A stretch of 64,000 nucleotides of DNA, from assembly GCA_051294375.1 (NCBI GenBank), contig JBJCIZ010000239.1, positions 6,281,074-6,345,073 on the forward strand, in the 5' to 3' direction. The notes beneath the pieces were generated by a model. The model saw only the letters and a list, made by a program, of their open reading frames with translations. It had not been told where the DNA came from and made no database searches. Both the position numbers and the translations under genes were made by a program. Within the stretch, counting starts at the first letter, position 1. Each line of letters begins with the position of its first letter. Below are positions 27,101 to 40,826 of this stretch, piece after piece. Origin of the DNA: Paraspadella gotoi. Taxonomy: Eukaryota > Animalia > Chaetognatha.

Positions 27101-29186
27101 NNNNNNNNNNNNNNNNNNNNNNNNNNNNNNNNNNNNNNNNNNNNNNNNNNNNNCCTCTCTCCCTCTCTCCGCCCTACGAAGGGGTCTACAACGAGAACGT
27201 GGAGGGCCCTTTCTACAGTCACCTCGGCGCCGCCCACGACGTCCCCACCATCCGCAAGATCTTCGAGAAGCGAACAGGCTACACCGGCGAAGCCATCCGC
27301 ATCGAGAAGGTCGCCTACACGGGCAAAGAGGGGAAGAGCTCGATGGGATGCCCCATCGCCAAGTGGATCATCCGGAGGAGCGGGGAGACGGAGAAGATCC
27401 TCGTCGTCGTCCGGCAGAGGCCAGGTGTGGAGATGGGGAGAGGAGGAAGANNNNNNNNNNNNNNNNNNNNNNNNNNNNNNNNNNNNNNNNNNNNNNNNNN
27501 NNNNNNNNNNNNNNNNNNNNNNNNNNNNNNNNNNNNNNNNNNNNNNNNNNNNNNNNNNNNNNNNNNNNNNNNNNNNNNNNNNNNNNNNNNNNNNNNNNNN
27601 NNNNNNNNNNNNNNNNNNNNNNNNNNNNNNNNNNNNNNNNNNNNNNNNNNNNNNNNNNNNNNNNNNNNNNNNNNNNNNNNNNNNNNNNNNNNNNNNNNNN
27701 NNNNNNNNNNNNNNNNNNNCCCCCCCCCGCCCAGGCCATCACTGCGCCTCCGCCGTCGTCGTCTGCAGCATCGTCGCCTGGGACGGTGTTCCCTCCACAC
27801 CGGCCGACATCCTCTACGAACGCATCGCCAACATCGTCTGCAAGATGGGCGTACCCACTCTGCGCCGCTGCGCCGCCAACGACAACAAGACCTGCGCCTG
27901 CCAGGTAAGAGGAGGGGGGGTAATCCTTTTTTTAAATTCAAAATGGCCGCCGTTTAGTGTTGAGAGAAAATCGGCTTTTTCGTTTCGCCGGGTAGGGGTT
28001 ATTATATATTATTATTATTATTCTTTTATTCTTTTAATGTTATGTGTCGCATATTATATTTCTAGTGATGTATTTTTTTAAAGATTTTATACTAATATTT
28101 AGACAATTATATAAAATATATGAGGTACATCTCGAGAATCCTCCCATCCTGGTTTAATAAAATGATTTATATTATTATATAATATATATGGTAAATATAT
28201 ATTATACATTTTTACCCCGCCATCCCCGGGCGACATAAACGTCATACAACGCGGTCGTTTTAACTCCAATCAGCTGTAGCGTTAATCTTCATTTAGTCTA
28301 TAGTCTATACTTTACAAAGTAGAGTCAGAAATGTTTGCATCCGTCATAGGGACTGACGTAGAATATAAAAAAATAACATTAACCCGACGGTTTGTTAACC
28401 ATCGAATCTTTGCAATCCATCGTTTTTATTCACTTGTAACCTTTCAGCTTGCAGCCGACTAACCTTACCATTTTAATTTCGATTAACTCATCCAGCGCTT
28501 TCTCCCCTTTTTTTTAAACTTACTCCATTCGCCTCTTCCCCTGACTCATTCCATTCATAATCCATTCCCCCGCCCCCGCGCTCGACGTCATTCCAATTCC
28601 TTAAAAAAAATAAAAATCTTCTGCGCATGCGCATGTTACTTCCTTTTAAAAAAAGGGTTGGGACATGTCGAAATGCGGCCTCTGCTTCAGCTTCGGCTGT
28701 TCCTGGTCGATGTATTACAACGGATGTAAATACGCCATTTCCTCGGCGCCGAGAAAGTTCCGGCTCAACGACCGGACGAACAGGGTACGCGAAAAAAGGG
28801 GGGAAATTAATTTTTTTTTCTTNNNNNNNNNNNNNNNNNNNNNNNNNCTCTCTCCTCTCTCGTGCGTGCGTCTGCGTCGCTTCTCTCTCTCTCTTCTCTC
28901 TCTCTCTCTCTATCTCTCTCTCTTCTCTCTTTAAAAGGGATGGAGCATGGGAAAATGTGGGAGCGCGTGTGTGGTGCGGTTCAGGTTGCGCGATGGTAGC
29001 CATATGTACACCAACGGTTGCAAATACGCGCGAAAGCAGAACTCTCCCCAAAAAGTGGTCGTTTTGAACGTAAAAACGATTGGTAAGTGCGAAAGATTTA
29101 AAAAAAGGTAAGTTAAAGGGAAAGGACGACTCGTCGCGTGGATGAAAACGTGGAGAAGATGCCGTAAGGCAGAAGGCCTGATTCCG

Positions 29187-29232
<46 letters not shown>

Positions 29233-32200
29233 ATCTCTCTCTCTCTCTTTCTCCTCTTTTTATTATGAAAATAAAACATTTCTTTAATATTATAAAATTA
29301 AAATATGTCTAAATATATAATATGAGGAGACTAACTCCTTTGAAAATATTTCGTCTCTTTTTCCTTCTACCGCTCTCTCTCTTCTCTTCTCTCTCTCTCT
29401 CTCTCTCTCTCTTTCTTCTTCCTCTTCTCTCTCTCTCATATATACTTTACCCTCTCTGCTCTCCCTCTCCCTCCAGTCCGTGGAGGAGATCTGTTCCAAA
29501 CAGTATCGGACTCCGAGGAAAGACCTCGGTCCGCAAATGGGAGAGCTGGGACGACGCTTGAAAAGGAGCAGCAGCGCCCCGCCAATCAAAAAATCGACCC
29601 TTACCCGATTGGAGGAAGATGACCTCAGGCCAGGGCTGCCAGAATCTCGCCACCCTTACCTGGCGCCAGAGTTTATTTCGAAACTATACGTGCCAGAGGG
29701 CTTATCTCAATATGGTGAGGGAAATTTGTGGGAATGGAAGAGGAGAGAGAGAGAGAGAGAGAGATGAGAGAGAGAGAGAAGAGAGGGAGGAGCAGAGATG
29801 AGAGAAGCAGAGCATTTGACTCCATTTCAACCTCCTTCACAGAGTCAACACGAGCAAGTCGCTCCCCACTGCCGCCTCGGCGAACTGCCGGGCGACCCTC
29901 GCCGGCGTCCACCGCCTGCATTGACTTTTGCGCTCACGCCCACAAGGATATCACAACATTGAACAACGGGTTGACCACAGTGGTCACCCTGACCCCGGCA
30001 TCTCGCGGCCTCTCCAAACCGGACATGGAGCAGCTGCACACGCTGCCCGCTTTACCGCCCGGAAACCACGGAACGAGTTCGGGAGCGAGGAGGCGCAAAA
30101 GGCCAAGGATCGCCGCGGGTAAGTAAGGGGAGGGGGTTTATGTTTTTATCTTTCTTCCTTTCGTTGTTTTTTTCGTTTTTCGTTTATCGTTTTTCGTTTT
30201 TTTTTTCTTCCAATTTTTCTTTCTTTCCTTTTTTTTCCTTGTTTCTTTCTTTACTTCTTTTTTTATTTCTTTCATCAAAACCATAAATATCCTTTACGCC
30301 AATCCAAACCTCACTCCCACAGGGTCATGTCGATGCCTACCAAATACCCCACCGAGGTTAAGGATTACGCGCCGTCCCCATGACGCCCTGCAAGCGGCGC
30401 AAGAAGACAGAGGACGGGAAGACCCCTACCCCTGGTAAGGGTCGATGCGTCCGCCGGGACTATCCCCCAGCAAGGTAAGGAAGGTGGGAGAAAGGCGTTT
30501 TGGGTGGGTTTTTGGCTCTTAACTTGCCTAACGAACTTACCTTTTGACCCTTTTATTTTTATCGTTTTTCTTTCTTTCTTTCTTTCTATCTTTCTTTCTT
30601 TTATCTTTCTTTCTTTTCTTTCTTTCTTTCTTTTTTATTTCTTTCCTTTCTTTCTCTTCTTTTCCTTCTCTCTCCCCTTTTCCTCCAAGGCGGAGAAGGC
30701 GAATGCGCATCTCCTCAGGTCTCATGGCCTCCCATGGGACTCACTTCAAACGCCCGTTCGACTCCAAACTTCATCCGAGCGATCGGGCGGCGGCCAAGGA
30801 GCGGCTCGTCTCGTCCTCCAGCGACGGCGGCGGCCGGTAGCGGCAGCGGCGGTCAATTCGGGCACGCTTTTTAATTGTTGAGTCGAGTCGTTGTTGTTTT
30901 TTACTCAGTCTCTCTCTCTCTCTCTCTCTTTTTTTACATTTATTGCTCTTATTAATTCATTCATTGCCCGTTATTTCCGGTAGATCCGTCAGCCAGCAAG
31001 AGTCAAGTTTCCCTTCTCAGCCAAAATCCTTCCTCGGTAGGTGGCAAATTAACATTGATTAAATGACTTAAATCCTTGAGAAATAATAATAAAAAATTCT
31101 CTATTTTCAGAGTCGTTTTAAGTTACATCCGTTTAATGTTTTTTCTTCACGATATGTACAAATGATGGTTTAAATTATTTGTTTTTTAAACCCTTTTTCT
31201 GAGATAAGAAAAGTTTTCTTTGTTTTCACAACGAAATATTAATGAAAAAATCCAGACATGTTTCGGTTCTTAATTTAACTCTTTTTCCATAAATTAAATA
31301 GTTGTTCGAGCTCTCTTTTCCAAGAGCGCCCCATTATCTGTTCCTTTTCCCGTAATTTCATTTTAACTTTAATATTTTGCTTAAATATATTCAACTTTAT
31401 AACCAACCATAAACCTTTTCCCTAACCTTAATCCCAAACCTTAACGTAATCCTAAACCTTAACTTAAACCCTAGTCCCTATTCCTAATCGCGCGTAACCT
31501 TATCTCTAAACTCAACCCCTCACCCTTAATCTTAACCCTTAGCTTCCAACCTAATCTTTAATCTTAAAAAATTCATCTAATTTAAATTTTTGATTAAAAA
31601 GGGTTTCGTTTCTGGGAAAATAAGCTATTGCATCTTTTTCTCGCTACAATTAACTAAATGTTTTTCCTTTCTTAGACCGTCGCTTCTCGGCGGCCAATTC
31701 GACCGCCAACGCTTACCCGTTAACGCAGGCATTCGGCGCTTTCCAGATTCCAATGGACAACCTTTCGCCTTGGGGCGGCCGCCTCAGAGAGTTAACTTTT
31801 CCTTGCTCACGCCAATATTTATTTAGTATTTACTGTATTTACTATTTACTAGTTTAGTTTATGTATTAAACTTTTATTGATAAATGTATTTCATATCAAA
31901 AGATAGTACTGTTGCTTAATATATTCATACCGCCTCAGTCCATTACCTTTCGGCAAATACCATTGACTCAGAGGTGGAACCGAAACGCACCATCCCAGGC
32001 GTAGTGTTTCCATCCACAGTCCGCACGACTTCCCTCTGCGTTGGCAAAGCGAGACGTCCGAGGGGTAACCGCCGCCAGTGACTGAATGACCGTTCACTGA
32101 GGGTCGGAAGACTCCAAAGCTAAACAGTCGATTGCCCATCCCAAATAGAGAGGCATCATAGTTTCAACCCGGCTGTTGCGCGTAATACAATACAGACATC

Positions 32201-33672
32201 ATCCAACAATGAAAGAGAATAAATAGTTGACAATTTCGCTAGTCCAATTCAGAATTTTTGAAAAAAGTAAAAAGTCTGAACTATCCAAAACCAATCCATC
32301 AAGTGCCGGTTACACTTTCTCCGTAAACCAATCTTTTAACTTAAATAAATTATTTCCTCTGTTCAGCACGGAATAGCATGTTCCTCAAAACTCGATGCGT
32401 GAACCAAGCTTCGATGGGCCGGTGAGACATATAAACAATAGATAAATAAACAAATAAATTAAATAAATAAATAAATGAATGAATGAATGAGATGAATGAA
32501 TGAATGAATGTAATTGAATGAATTGAATAAATAATAAATAAATAAATAAATAATAAATAATAAACCATAAAAATGAAATAAATATTATAATTAAATAAAT
32601 AATAATAATAATAAAATATAATAAAATAAAATATAATAAATATAATAAATAAATAAATATAATATCATAAAAAGAAGAAAAAACCTGCTCGCAAGAGAAC
32701 CAACCAAGCTTATGTTTCCTTTCCTCGCCCCCCCCCCCCTTAAACGCAGAACCACCGATGCGCCCTCCATCGGCGGCGTCATCCTGCGACGCAGTCGACA
32801 ATCAGCGAAGACGCCGACGACGACGGTACTCCGGGACGTCACCCCGTCATGAGTGACATGAAGAATAATTTCAAGGACGAGTCCAATTGGTAATGGTTTG
32901 CTCTCCTTTTCATTTCTGTTCCAGAACTTTAATTTTAAAATTAAAGTTAAACCTTTAACCCAATTCTAAGCCGTTTACCCTAATCCCCAGCTTTAATATC
33001 TCAAACCCTAATCCTCTTTACCCTTAAACCTAATCCCCTAACTTTGTAACCCTATTTTCAAATAAAAAAAAAACGGATTCGATCCGAATTTTAAAATGAT
33101 TATGGGGCGTTTGGAGGAAAATGAAAGTCCTGTATTTGTAATTATGTACGTATCATAACCTACTTTATATACACCCTAATATTATTCCATATTACCGTTT
33201 TATGACTGCTTCCTCCCTCCCTCCCTCCTTCCTCCCTCCTTTCCTCCCTTTCCTCCCTTCTTCTCTCCCTCCTCCCTCCTCCTTTCCTCCCTTCCTCCTC
33301 CCAGGGGGCGTGGCCATCGCTCTCTTCACGGCTGCCGTCCTCTTCGAATGGCGCAGAAACGAGAACTTCCACGCCACCAACTTCGATCAGAGAACGAACA
33401 GAACGAGGCGACCGGATCAGTAATTGGTCTCATATATATCAGGTAGCTTTGATACAGGGGCGTGTATTAGGGTTAGTATTACAGGGACGTGCAGGAGAGG
33501 TAAGCAACCATTCGCAAAGTTAAACAGAAATATTAATAGTTTAGTTTTTAGTTAGTTTTAGTTAGTTTTTTAGTTCTTAGTTTTTTTAGTTTAAATATAA
33601 GCTTGCCACTTAAATCTCTTAACAATTTATCTTTCCCTCACCTTTCCCTCCCTCACCTTCCCCTCCCTCTCT

Positions 33673-33738
<66 letters not shown>

Positions 33739-34244
33739 CTCAGCACAAAAACATGAAACGCGTGTGAGACACGCGTCGAGAGATTTACTTGAAAAACTGG
33801 AGGAGAAGAGGAATGAGAAAAAAGGAGGAAACGTGGTCGGCAGCTTGGCGCGGCGGCGTGCCGCGTCGGCAGCGCGGCGGCTGCTGCAGGCCGGTTCAAG
33901 CTTGCCTCTACCTGGCTGCGTCGCAAGCAGCTGCATTCGTTTCGGTTATACGGGCTGGGCCAGCGTCGAGGGTTTCCTCCTGGCCAAGCCGCGGAGGTCA
34001 AACCTTCAAAAAAGTCAACTGAGAATGAGGTATTTTTTTATGTTTTTGCTGTTTTTGCGTTTATGGGTTTTTTTTGGTTTTGTTGTTGTTTTTTTTTTTT
34101 TTTTTTATGTTTTTTTGAGAGTTTTTTTTGACGAAGATATATATATGTAGCTGGCATTTTTGTTTATAATATTGCAATTTTTTTTAGACACTAAATCACG
34201 ATGCTCGTTCGCTCGCTTAACTTACTCACTTTCTCAATAACTCA

Positions 34245-34275
<31 letters not shown>

Positions 34276-36083
34276 TCTTCTCTCTTCCTTCTCTCTCTCT
34301 CTCTCTCTCTCGTCTCTCTCTCTTTCCTCCCTCCCCCCCCGCGGAAATACTATTACATATAACTCACACACGCCTATTCACCCCCCCACCCCCTTTTTTT
34401 CCACAAGCCGCGTTTTCTCAACGACGGAAAATTCGTCTCGAACTTCGACGGCAGTTCGGTCCGAGGTTAAGTTAAAAAAGCGGAGGCCGAAAAGCATTGG
34501 ATTGAGTATCTGGTTCAGTGTTTGGGTTCGAATTGAGAATTACAGATACGATTAATGGGACGACTTTCGGAAAAGATAGTGCCAAGCGGTTTTAAATCAA
34601 ATAATAACCGTGCAAGAAACTTCTTTGCTAAGTTTAGCGATGGTTAGACTATATTATTATTGCGAGTTACGAATGAGTCGGGAGTTCTTTACGACTTAAG
34701 GTATCAATAGTTATGTATCAAGACTAACAATATAAAATACTATACGCAAATGAATATAACATTTTCTTTCCCGCAGTTTGAAGAAGAAGAAAGCCGTTTT
34801 ACCGATCCGACGACGGCGACGACGACGACGACGTCGAAATCTTGTCCGCCCAAGGCGGCCGCAGGTACGACCCTAATACCGATTGTTTCGGTATCGTCCG
34901 TTGGACTTACTTTTTTATCTCTACTGTTATTGAAATTTTTTTAAAAAAATTTCTTTGAACTAGTAAAGAATAATCGTAATTGTGTTGATTACTGATACTA
35001 TACTTAACATACCAAACTTATGAAAAAGACTTTGATTGATCTGGATCTTGCATATCTTGTAAGAGGGAATGGGAGGCCCTCAACCCAGCATAGTACCTGT
35101 CCGTTGTCATGAGCGAATACCTCAATTTATTAAATGAAAATAATTAAATAATTTTTGGTACCCGGTTTTACCTATTCATAAATGTTGTTCCTATATAATT
35201 AAGAATATTAAATTTGAACCAATATAAAAATTAAAAAGTTGACATTATTAATCCAATTTACTTTGGAGCAAGCTAGCTTTTTTTTAAAATTTATAAAGTT
35301 TCCATAAAGATTCTGCCACACTCCGGAGCAGCTGGCTTCACTATCTGTTGAAATGTTCTTGTGTCTATCGTGATTGTTTGTATCCATGTTTAGAAACTGT
35401 TTTCAATTTTGTTAAAGGATAATATTAATAGAATTCAACTTAAGGCAATCTCGGAAATTCGTTTTTAACAACATTTTACAACAATTCGCCCTCACTTATA
35501 CAGGTCGTCATTCTTCTAAACTACGAAAGCGTCATGCCGAATTTCTGGCCCTACGTCTCGCCTTCCTCACGCCCTCCTACATACTTCGTACACGGTCATG
35601 CAGCCTTCGAGGAACCTCTGGTTTACCGCTCCTTATCACAGTGAGTATGACGTTTGTAAGAATAAACATGGCATGGGCAGCGGAGCATGCGCGACATTCG
35701 CCCCCTCTCCCACCCGAGCTTGCGACCAATAAAAAAAAGGGACTTCAGCGCATGCACGAAGCCATAATCGACGTATTCATGAGGAAAGCAGGCGAACAAT
35801 CCTCAGCGAAGAAAATAGGAAAACGTTGTTTTGCTCCAGTTTTTGTTATGCAAAAAATTTGTGGGTTTTTATTTCGGGTCTTACGTGTTAAATGATTTTT
35901 TAATACTAATTTAATAATTAATTTTACCAATGATCACTTAGTGACTTTCTTCTTAACGAAAAAAATTATCTCTTCTCATTTCATAGCATTCTCTCTTTCG
36001 CTCTCTCTTTTTCTAATTTTTTAAAAAATTGGGTGATGTATTTATGTTCTGTTTTTCACGCATTCAGACTTCTCCGTCAAACC

Positions 36084-36114
<31 letters not shown>

Positions 36115-36399
36115 CTCTCTTCTCTCTCTCTTTCATCTCTCTCTTTTTTTCTCTTTAAAAGGGATGGAGCATGGGAAAATGTGGAGCCTCGTTCTCCTTC
36201 GGTTGCGCGTGGAGCATGTACACCAACGGTTGCAAATACGCGCGAAGCAGAATTCCCAAAAAGTTTCGTTTGAACGAAAAAAACGATTGGTAAGTGCGAA
36301 AGATTTAAAAAAAGGTAAGTTAAAGGGAAAGGACGACTCGTCGCGTGGATGAAAACGTGGAGAAGATGCCGTAAGGCAGAAGGCCTGATTCCGCTCTGC

Positions 36400-36446
<47 letters not shown>

Positions 36447-36927
36447 ATCTCTCTCTCTCTCTTTCTCCTCTTTTTATTATGAAAATAAAACATTTCTTTA
36501 ATATTATAAAATTAAAATATGTCTAAATATATAATATGAGGAGACTAACTCCTTTGAAAATATTTCGTCTCTTTTTCCTTCTACCGCTCTCTCTCTTCTC
36601 TTCTCTCTCTCTCTCTCTCTCTCTCTTTCTTCTTCCTCTTCTCTCTCTCTCATATATACTTTACCCTCTCTGCTCTCCCTCTCCCTCCAGTCCGTGGAGG
36701 AGATCTGTTCCAAACAGTATCGACTCGAGGAAGACCTCGTCCGCAAATGGGAGGAGCTGGACGACGCTGAAAAGGAGCAGCAGCGCCGCATCAAAAAATC
36801 GACCTTACCCGATCTGGAGGAAGAGATCGAGGCCAGGCTGCAGAATCTCGCCACTTACCTGGCGCCGGTTTATTCGAAATACGTGCCAGAGGCTTATCTC
36901 AATATGGTGAGGGAAATTGTGGGAATG

Positions 36928-36966
<39 letters not shown>

Positions 36967-37752
36967 CAGAGCATTTGACTCCATTTCACCTCCTTCACAG
37001 GTCAACACGGAGCAAGTCGCTCCCCACTGCCGCCTCGGCGAACTGCCCGGGCGACCCTTCGCCGGCGTCACCGCCTGCATGGACTTTTGCGCTCACGCCC
37101 ACAAGGATATCCACAACATGAACAACGGGTTGACCACAGTGGTCACCCTGACCCGGCATCGCGGCCTCTCCAAACCGGACATGGAGCAGCTGCACACGCT
37201 GCCGCTTTACGTTCCGGAACCGACGGACGAGTTCGGGAGCGAGGAGGCGCAAAAGGCCAAGATCGCCGCGGGTAAGTTAAGGGGAGGGGGGAGTATGTTT
37301 TTATCTTTCCTTCCTTTCGTTTTTTTTTCGTTTTTCGCTTTATCGTTTTTCGTTTTTTTTTTCTTTCCAATTTTCTTTCTTTCCTTTTTTTTCCTTGTTT
37401 CTTTCTTTACTTCTTTTTTTATTTCTTTCATCAAAACCTAAATATCCTTACCCAATCCAAACCTCACTCCCACAGGGTCATTCGAATGCCTTACCAAATA
37501 CCCCACCGAGGTAAGGATACGCGCCGTCCCCATGACGCCCTGCAAGCGGCGCAAGAAGACAGAGGACGGGAAGAGCCCTACCCCTGGTAAGGGCCGAGGC
37601 CGTCCGCCGGGACTATCCCCCAGCAAGGTAAGGAAGGTGGAGAAAGGGTTTTTGGGTGGGTTTGGCTTTAACTTCCTAACGAACTTACCTTTTTGACCCT
37701 TTTATTTTTTATACCCGTTTTCTTTCTTTCTTTCTTTCTATCTTTCTTTCTT

Positions 37753-37785
<33 letters not shown>

Positions 37786-39561
37786 TTTACTTTCTTTCCT
37801 TTCTTTCTCTTCTTTTCCTTCTCCTCTCCCCCTTTTCCTCCAAGGCGGAGAAGGCGATGCGCATCTCCTCAGGTCTCATGGCCTCCATGGGACTCACTTC
37901 CAAACCGCCCGTCGACTCCAAACTTCATCCGAGCGATCGGGCGGCGGAGGAGCGGCTCGTCTCGTCCTCCAGCGACGGCGGCGGCGGTAGCGGCAGCGGC
38001 GGTCAATTCGGGCACGCTTTTAACATGTGAGTCGAGTCGTTGTTGTTTTTACTCAGTCTCTCTCTCTCTCTCTCTTTTTTTACATTTATTGCTCTTATTA
38101 ATTCATTCATTGCGTTTATTTCGGTAGATCCGTCAGCCAGCAAGAGTCAAGTTTCCCTTCTCAGCAAAATCCTTCCTCGGTAGGTGGCAATTAACATTGA
38201 TTAAATGACTTAAATCCTGAGAAATAAATAATAAAAAATTCTCTATTTTCAGAGCTCGTTTTAAGTTACATCCGTTTAATGTTTTTCTTCACGATCATGT
38301 ACAAATGATGTTTAAATTTATTTGTTTTTTAAACCCTTTTTCTGAGATAAGAAAAGTTTTCTTTGTTTTCACAACGAAATATTAATGAAAAAATCACAGA
38401 CATGTTTCGGTCTTAATTTAACTCTTTTTCCATAAATTAAATAGTTTTTCGAGCTCTCTTTTCCAAGAGCGCCCCATTTCTGTTCCTTTATCCCGTAATT
38501 TCATTTTAACTTTAATATTTTGCTTAAATATATTCAACTTATAACCCAACCATAAACCTTTTCCCTAACCTTAATCCCAAACCTTAACGTAATCCTAAAC
38601 CTTAACCTTAAACCCTAGTCCCTAATCCTAATCCCTAACCTTAATCTCTAACTCAACCCCTCACCTTAATCCTTAACCCTTAGCTTCAACCTAATCTTTA
38701 ATCTAAAAAATTCATCTAATTTTAAATTTTTGATAAAAAGGGTCGTTCTGGGAAAATAAGGCTATTCATCTTTCTCGCTACGAATTAACTAAATGTTTTT
38801 CCTTTCTTAGACCGTCGCCTTCTCGGCGGCCAACTCGACCGCCAACGCTTACCCGTTAACGCAGGCATTCGGCGCCTTTCCAGATTCCAATGGACAACCT
38901 TTCGCCTGGGGGCGGCCGCCTCAGAGGTAACTTCCTTGCTCACGCCAATATTTATTTAGTATTACTGTATTTACTATTTACTATTTAGTTTATGTATTAA
39001 ACTTTTATTGATAAATAGTTATTTCATATCAAAAGTTAGATACTGTTGCGATATATTCATACCGCCTCAGTCCATTACCTTTCGGCAAATACCATTGACT
39101 CAGAGGGGGAACCGAAACGCACCATCCCAGGCGTAGTGTTCCATCCACAGTCCGCACGACTTCCCTCTGCGTTGGCAAAGCGAGACCGTCCGAGGGTAAC
39201 CGCGCCAGTGACTGGATGCGTCACTGAGGGTCGGAAGACTCCAAAGCTAACAGTCGATTGCCCCATCCCAATGGGCATCATAGTCAACCCGGCTGTTGCC
39301 GTAATACAATTACAGACATCATCCACAATGAAAGAGAATAATAGTGACAATTTCGCTAGTCCAATTCAGAATTTTGAAAAAAAGTAAAAGTCTGAATATC
39401 CAAAACAATCCATCAAGTGCCGTACACTTTCTCCGTAACCAATCTTTAACTTAAATAAATTATTTTCCTCTTTCAGCACGAATAGCATGTTCGCTCAAAA
39501 CTCGATGGTGAACCAAGCTTCGATGGCCGGTGAGACATATAACAATAGATAAATAAACAAA

Positions 39562-39592
<31 letters not shown>

Positions 39593-39637
39593 ATGAATGA
39601 ATGAATGAATGAATGAATGAATGTATGAATGAATGAA

Positions 39638-39680
<43 letters not shown>

Positions 39681-40792
39681 ACCATAAAAATGAATAAATA
39701 TAATAATAAATAAATAATAATAATAATAAAATATAATAAAATAAAATATAATAAATATAATAAATAAATAAATATAAATATCATAAAAAAGAAGAAAAAC
39801 CTGCTCGCAAGAGAACCAACCAAGTTATGCTTCCTTTCCTCGCCCCCCCCCCTTAAACGGCAGAACCACCGATGCGCCCTCCATCGGCGGCGTCATCCTG
39901 CGACGCGTCGACAATCAGCGAAGACGCCGACGACGACGGTCTCCGGGACGTCACCGTCATGAGTGACAATGAAGATAATTTCAAGGACGAGTCAATTGGT
40001 AAGTTGCTCTCTTTTCATTTCTGTTCCAGAACTTAATTTTAAAATTAAAGTTAAACCTTTAACCCAATTTCTAGCCGTTTACCCTAATCCCCAGCTTTAA
40101 TATCTAACCCTAATCCTTTTACCCTTAAACCTAATCCCTAACCTTTAACCCTATTTTCAAATAAAAAAAAAAACGGATTCGATTCCGAATTTTAAAATGA
40201 TATGGGGCGTTTTGGGAAAAGAAGTCCTGTATTGTAATTATGTACGTTCTACCTCTTTTTTACCCTTTTATTCCAATATTACCGTTTTATTGACTGCTCC
40301 TCCCTCCCTCCCTCCTTCCTCCCTCCTTTCCTCCCTTCCTCCCTTCTTCCTCTCCCTCCCTCCCTTCCTCCTTTCCTCCCTTCCTCCTCCCAGGGGGCGT
40401 GGCCATCGCTCTCTCTCACGGCTCCGTCCTCTTCGAATGCGCAAAACGAGAACTTCACGCCACAACTTCGATCAGAGAACCGAACAGAACGAGGCCGACC
40501 AGGATCAGTTTGGTCTTTTATCAGGTAGCTTGATACAGGGGCGTGTATAGGGTTAGATTACAGGGACGTGCAGAGAGGTAAGCACCTTTCGCAAAGTAAA
40601 AAGAAATATTAATAGTTAGTTTTTAGTTAGTTTTAGTTAGTTTTAGTTAGTTTTTAGTTTAAATATAAGCTTGCCACTTAAATCTCTTAACAATTTTATC
40701 TTTCCCTCACCTTTCCCTCCCTCACCTTCCCCTCCCTCTCTCTCTTCTCTCTCTCTCCCCCTTCTCCTCTCTCTCTTCTCTCTCTCTCTCTC

Positions 40793-40826
<34 letters not shown>

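Noticed and set aside
28486-29160. Docking/selector RNA pairings around the alternative TET exons (tcatccagcg with cgcgtggatga; aaatcttctgcgca with tgcgaaagattt)
   Set aside because: The matches are 10-12 bp with bulges in error-prone sequence and cannot be distinguished from chance without cross-species covariation.
21085-36160. Tandem array of three TET paralogues or pseudogenes
   Set aside because: The copies share introns and microsatellites and differ mainly by random indels, which fits read error rather than evolutionary divergence.
39222-39260. Possible hammerhead ribozyme (ctga-stem-caaa)
   Set aside because: It lacks the CUGANGA and GAAA core; only a GNRA hairpin is supported.
39046-39387. 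113-aa and 91-aa ORFs inside a TET intron
   Set aside because: They overlap the 200-bp dispersed repeat, show no protein motif, and the other copy differs by indels.
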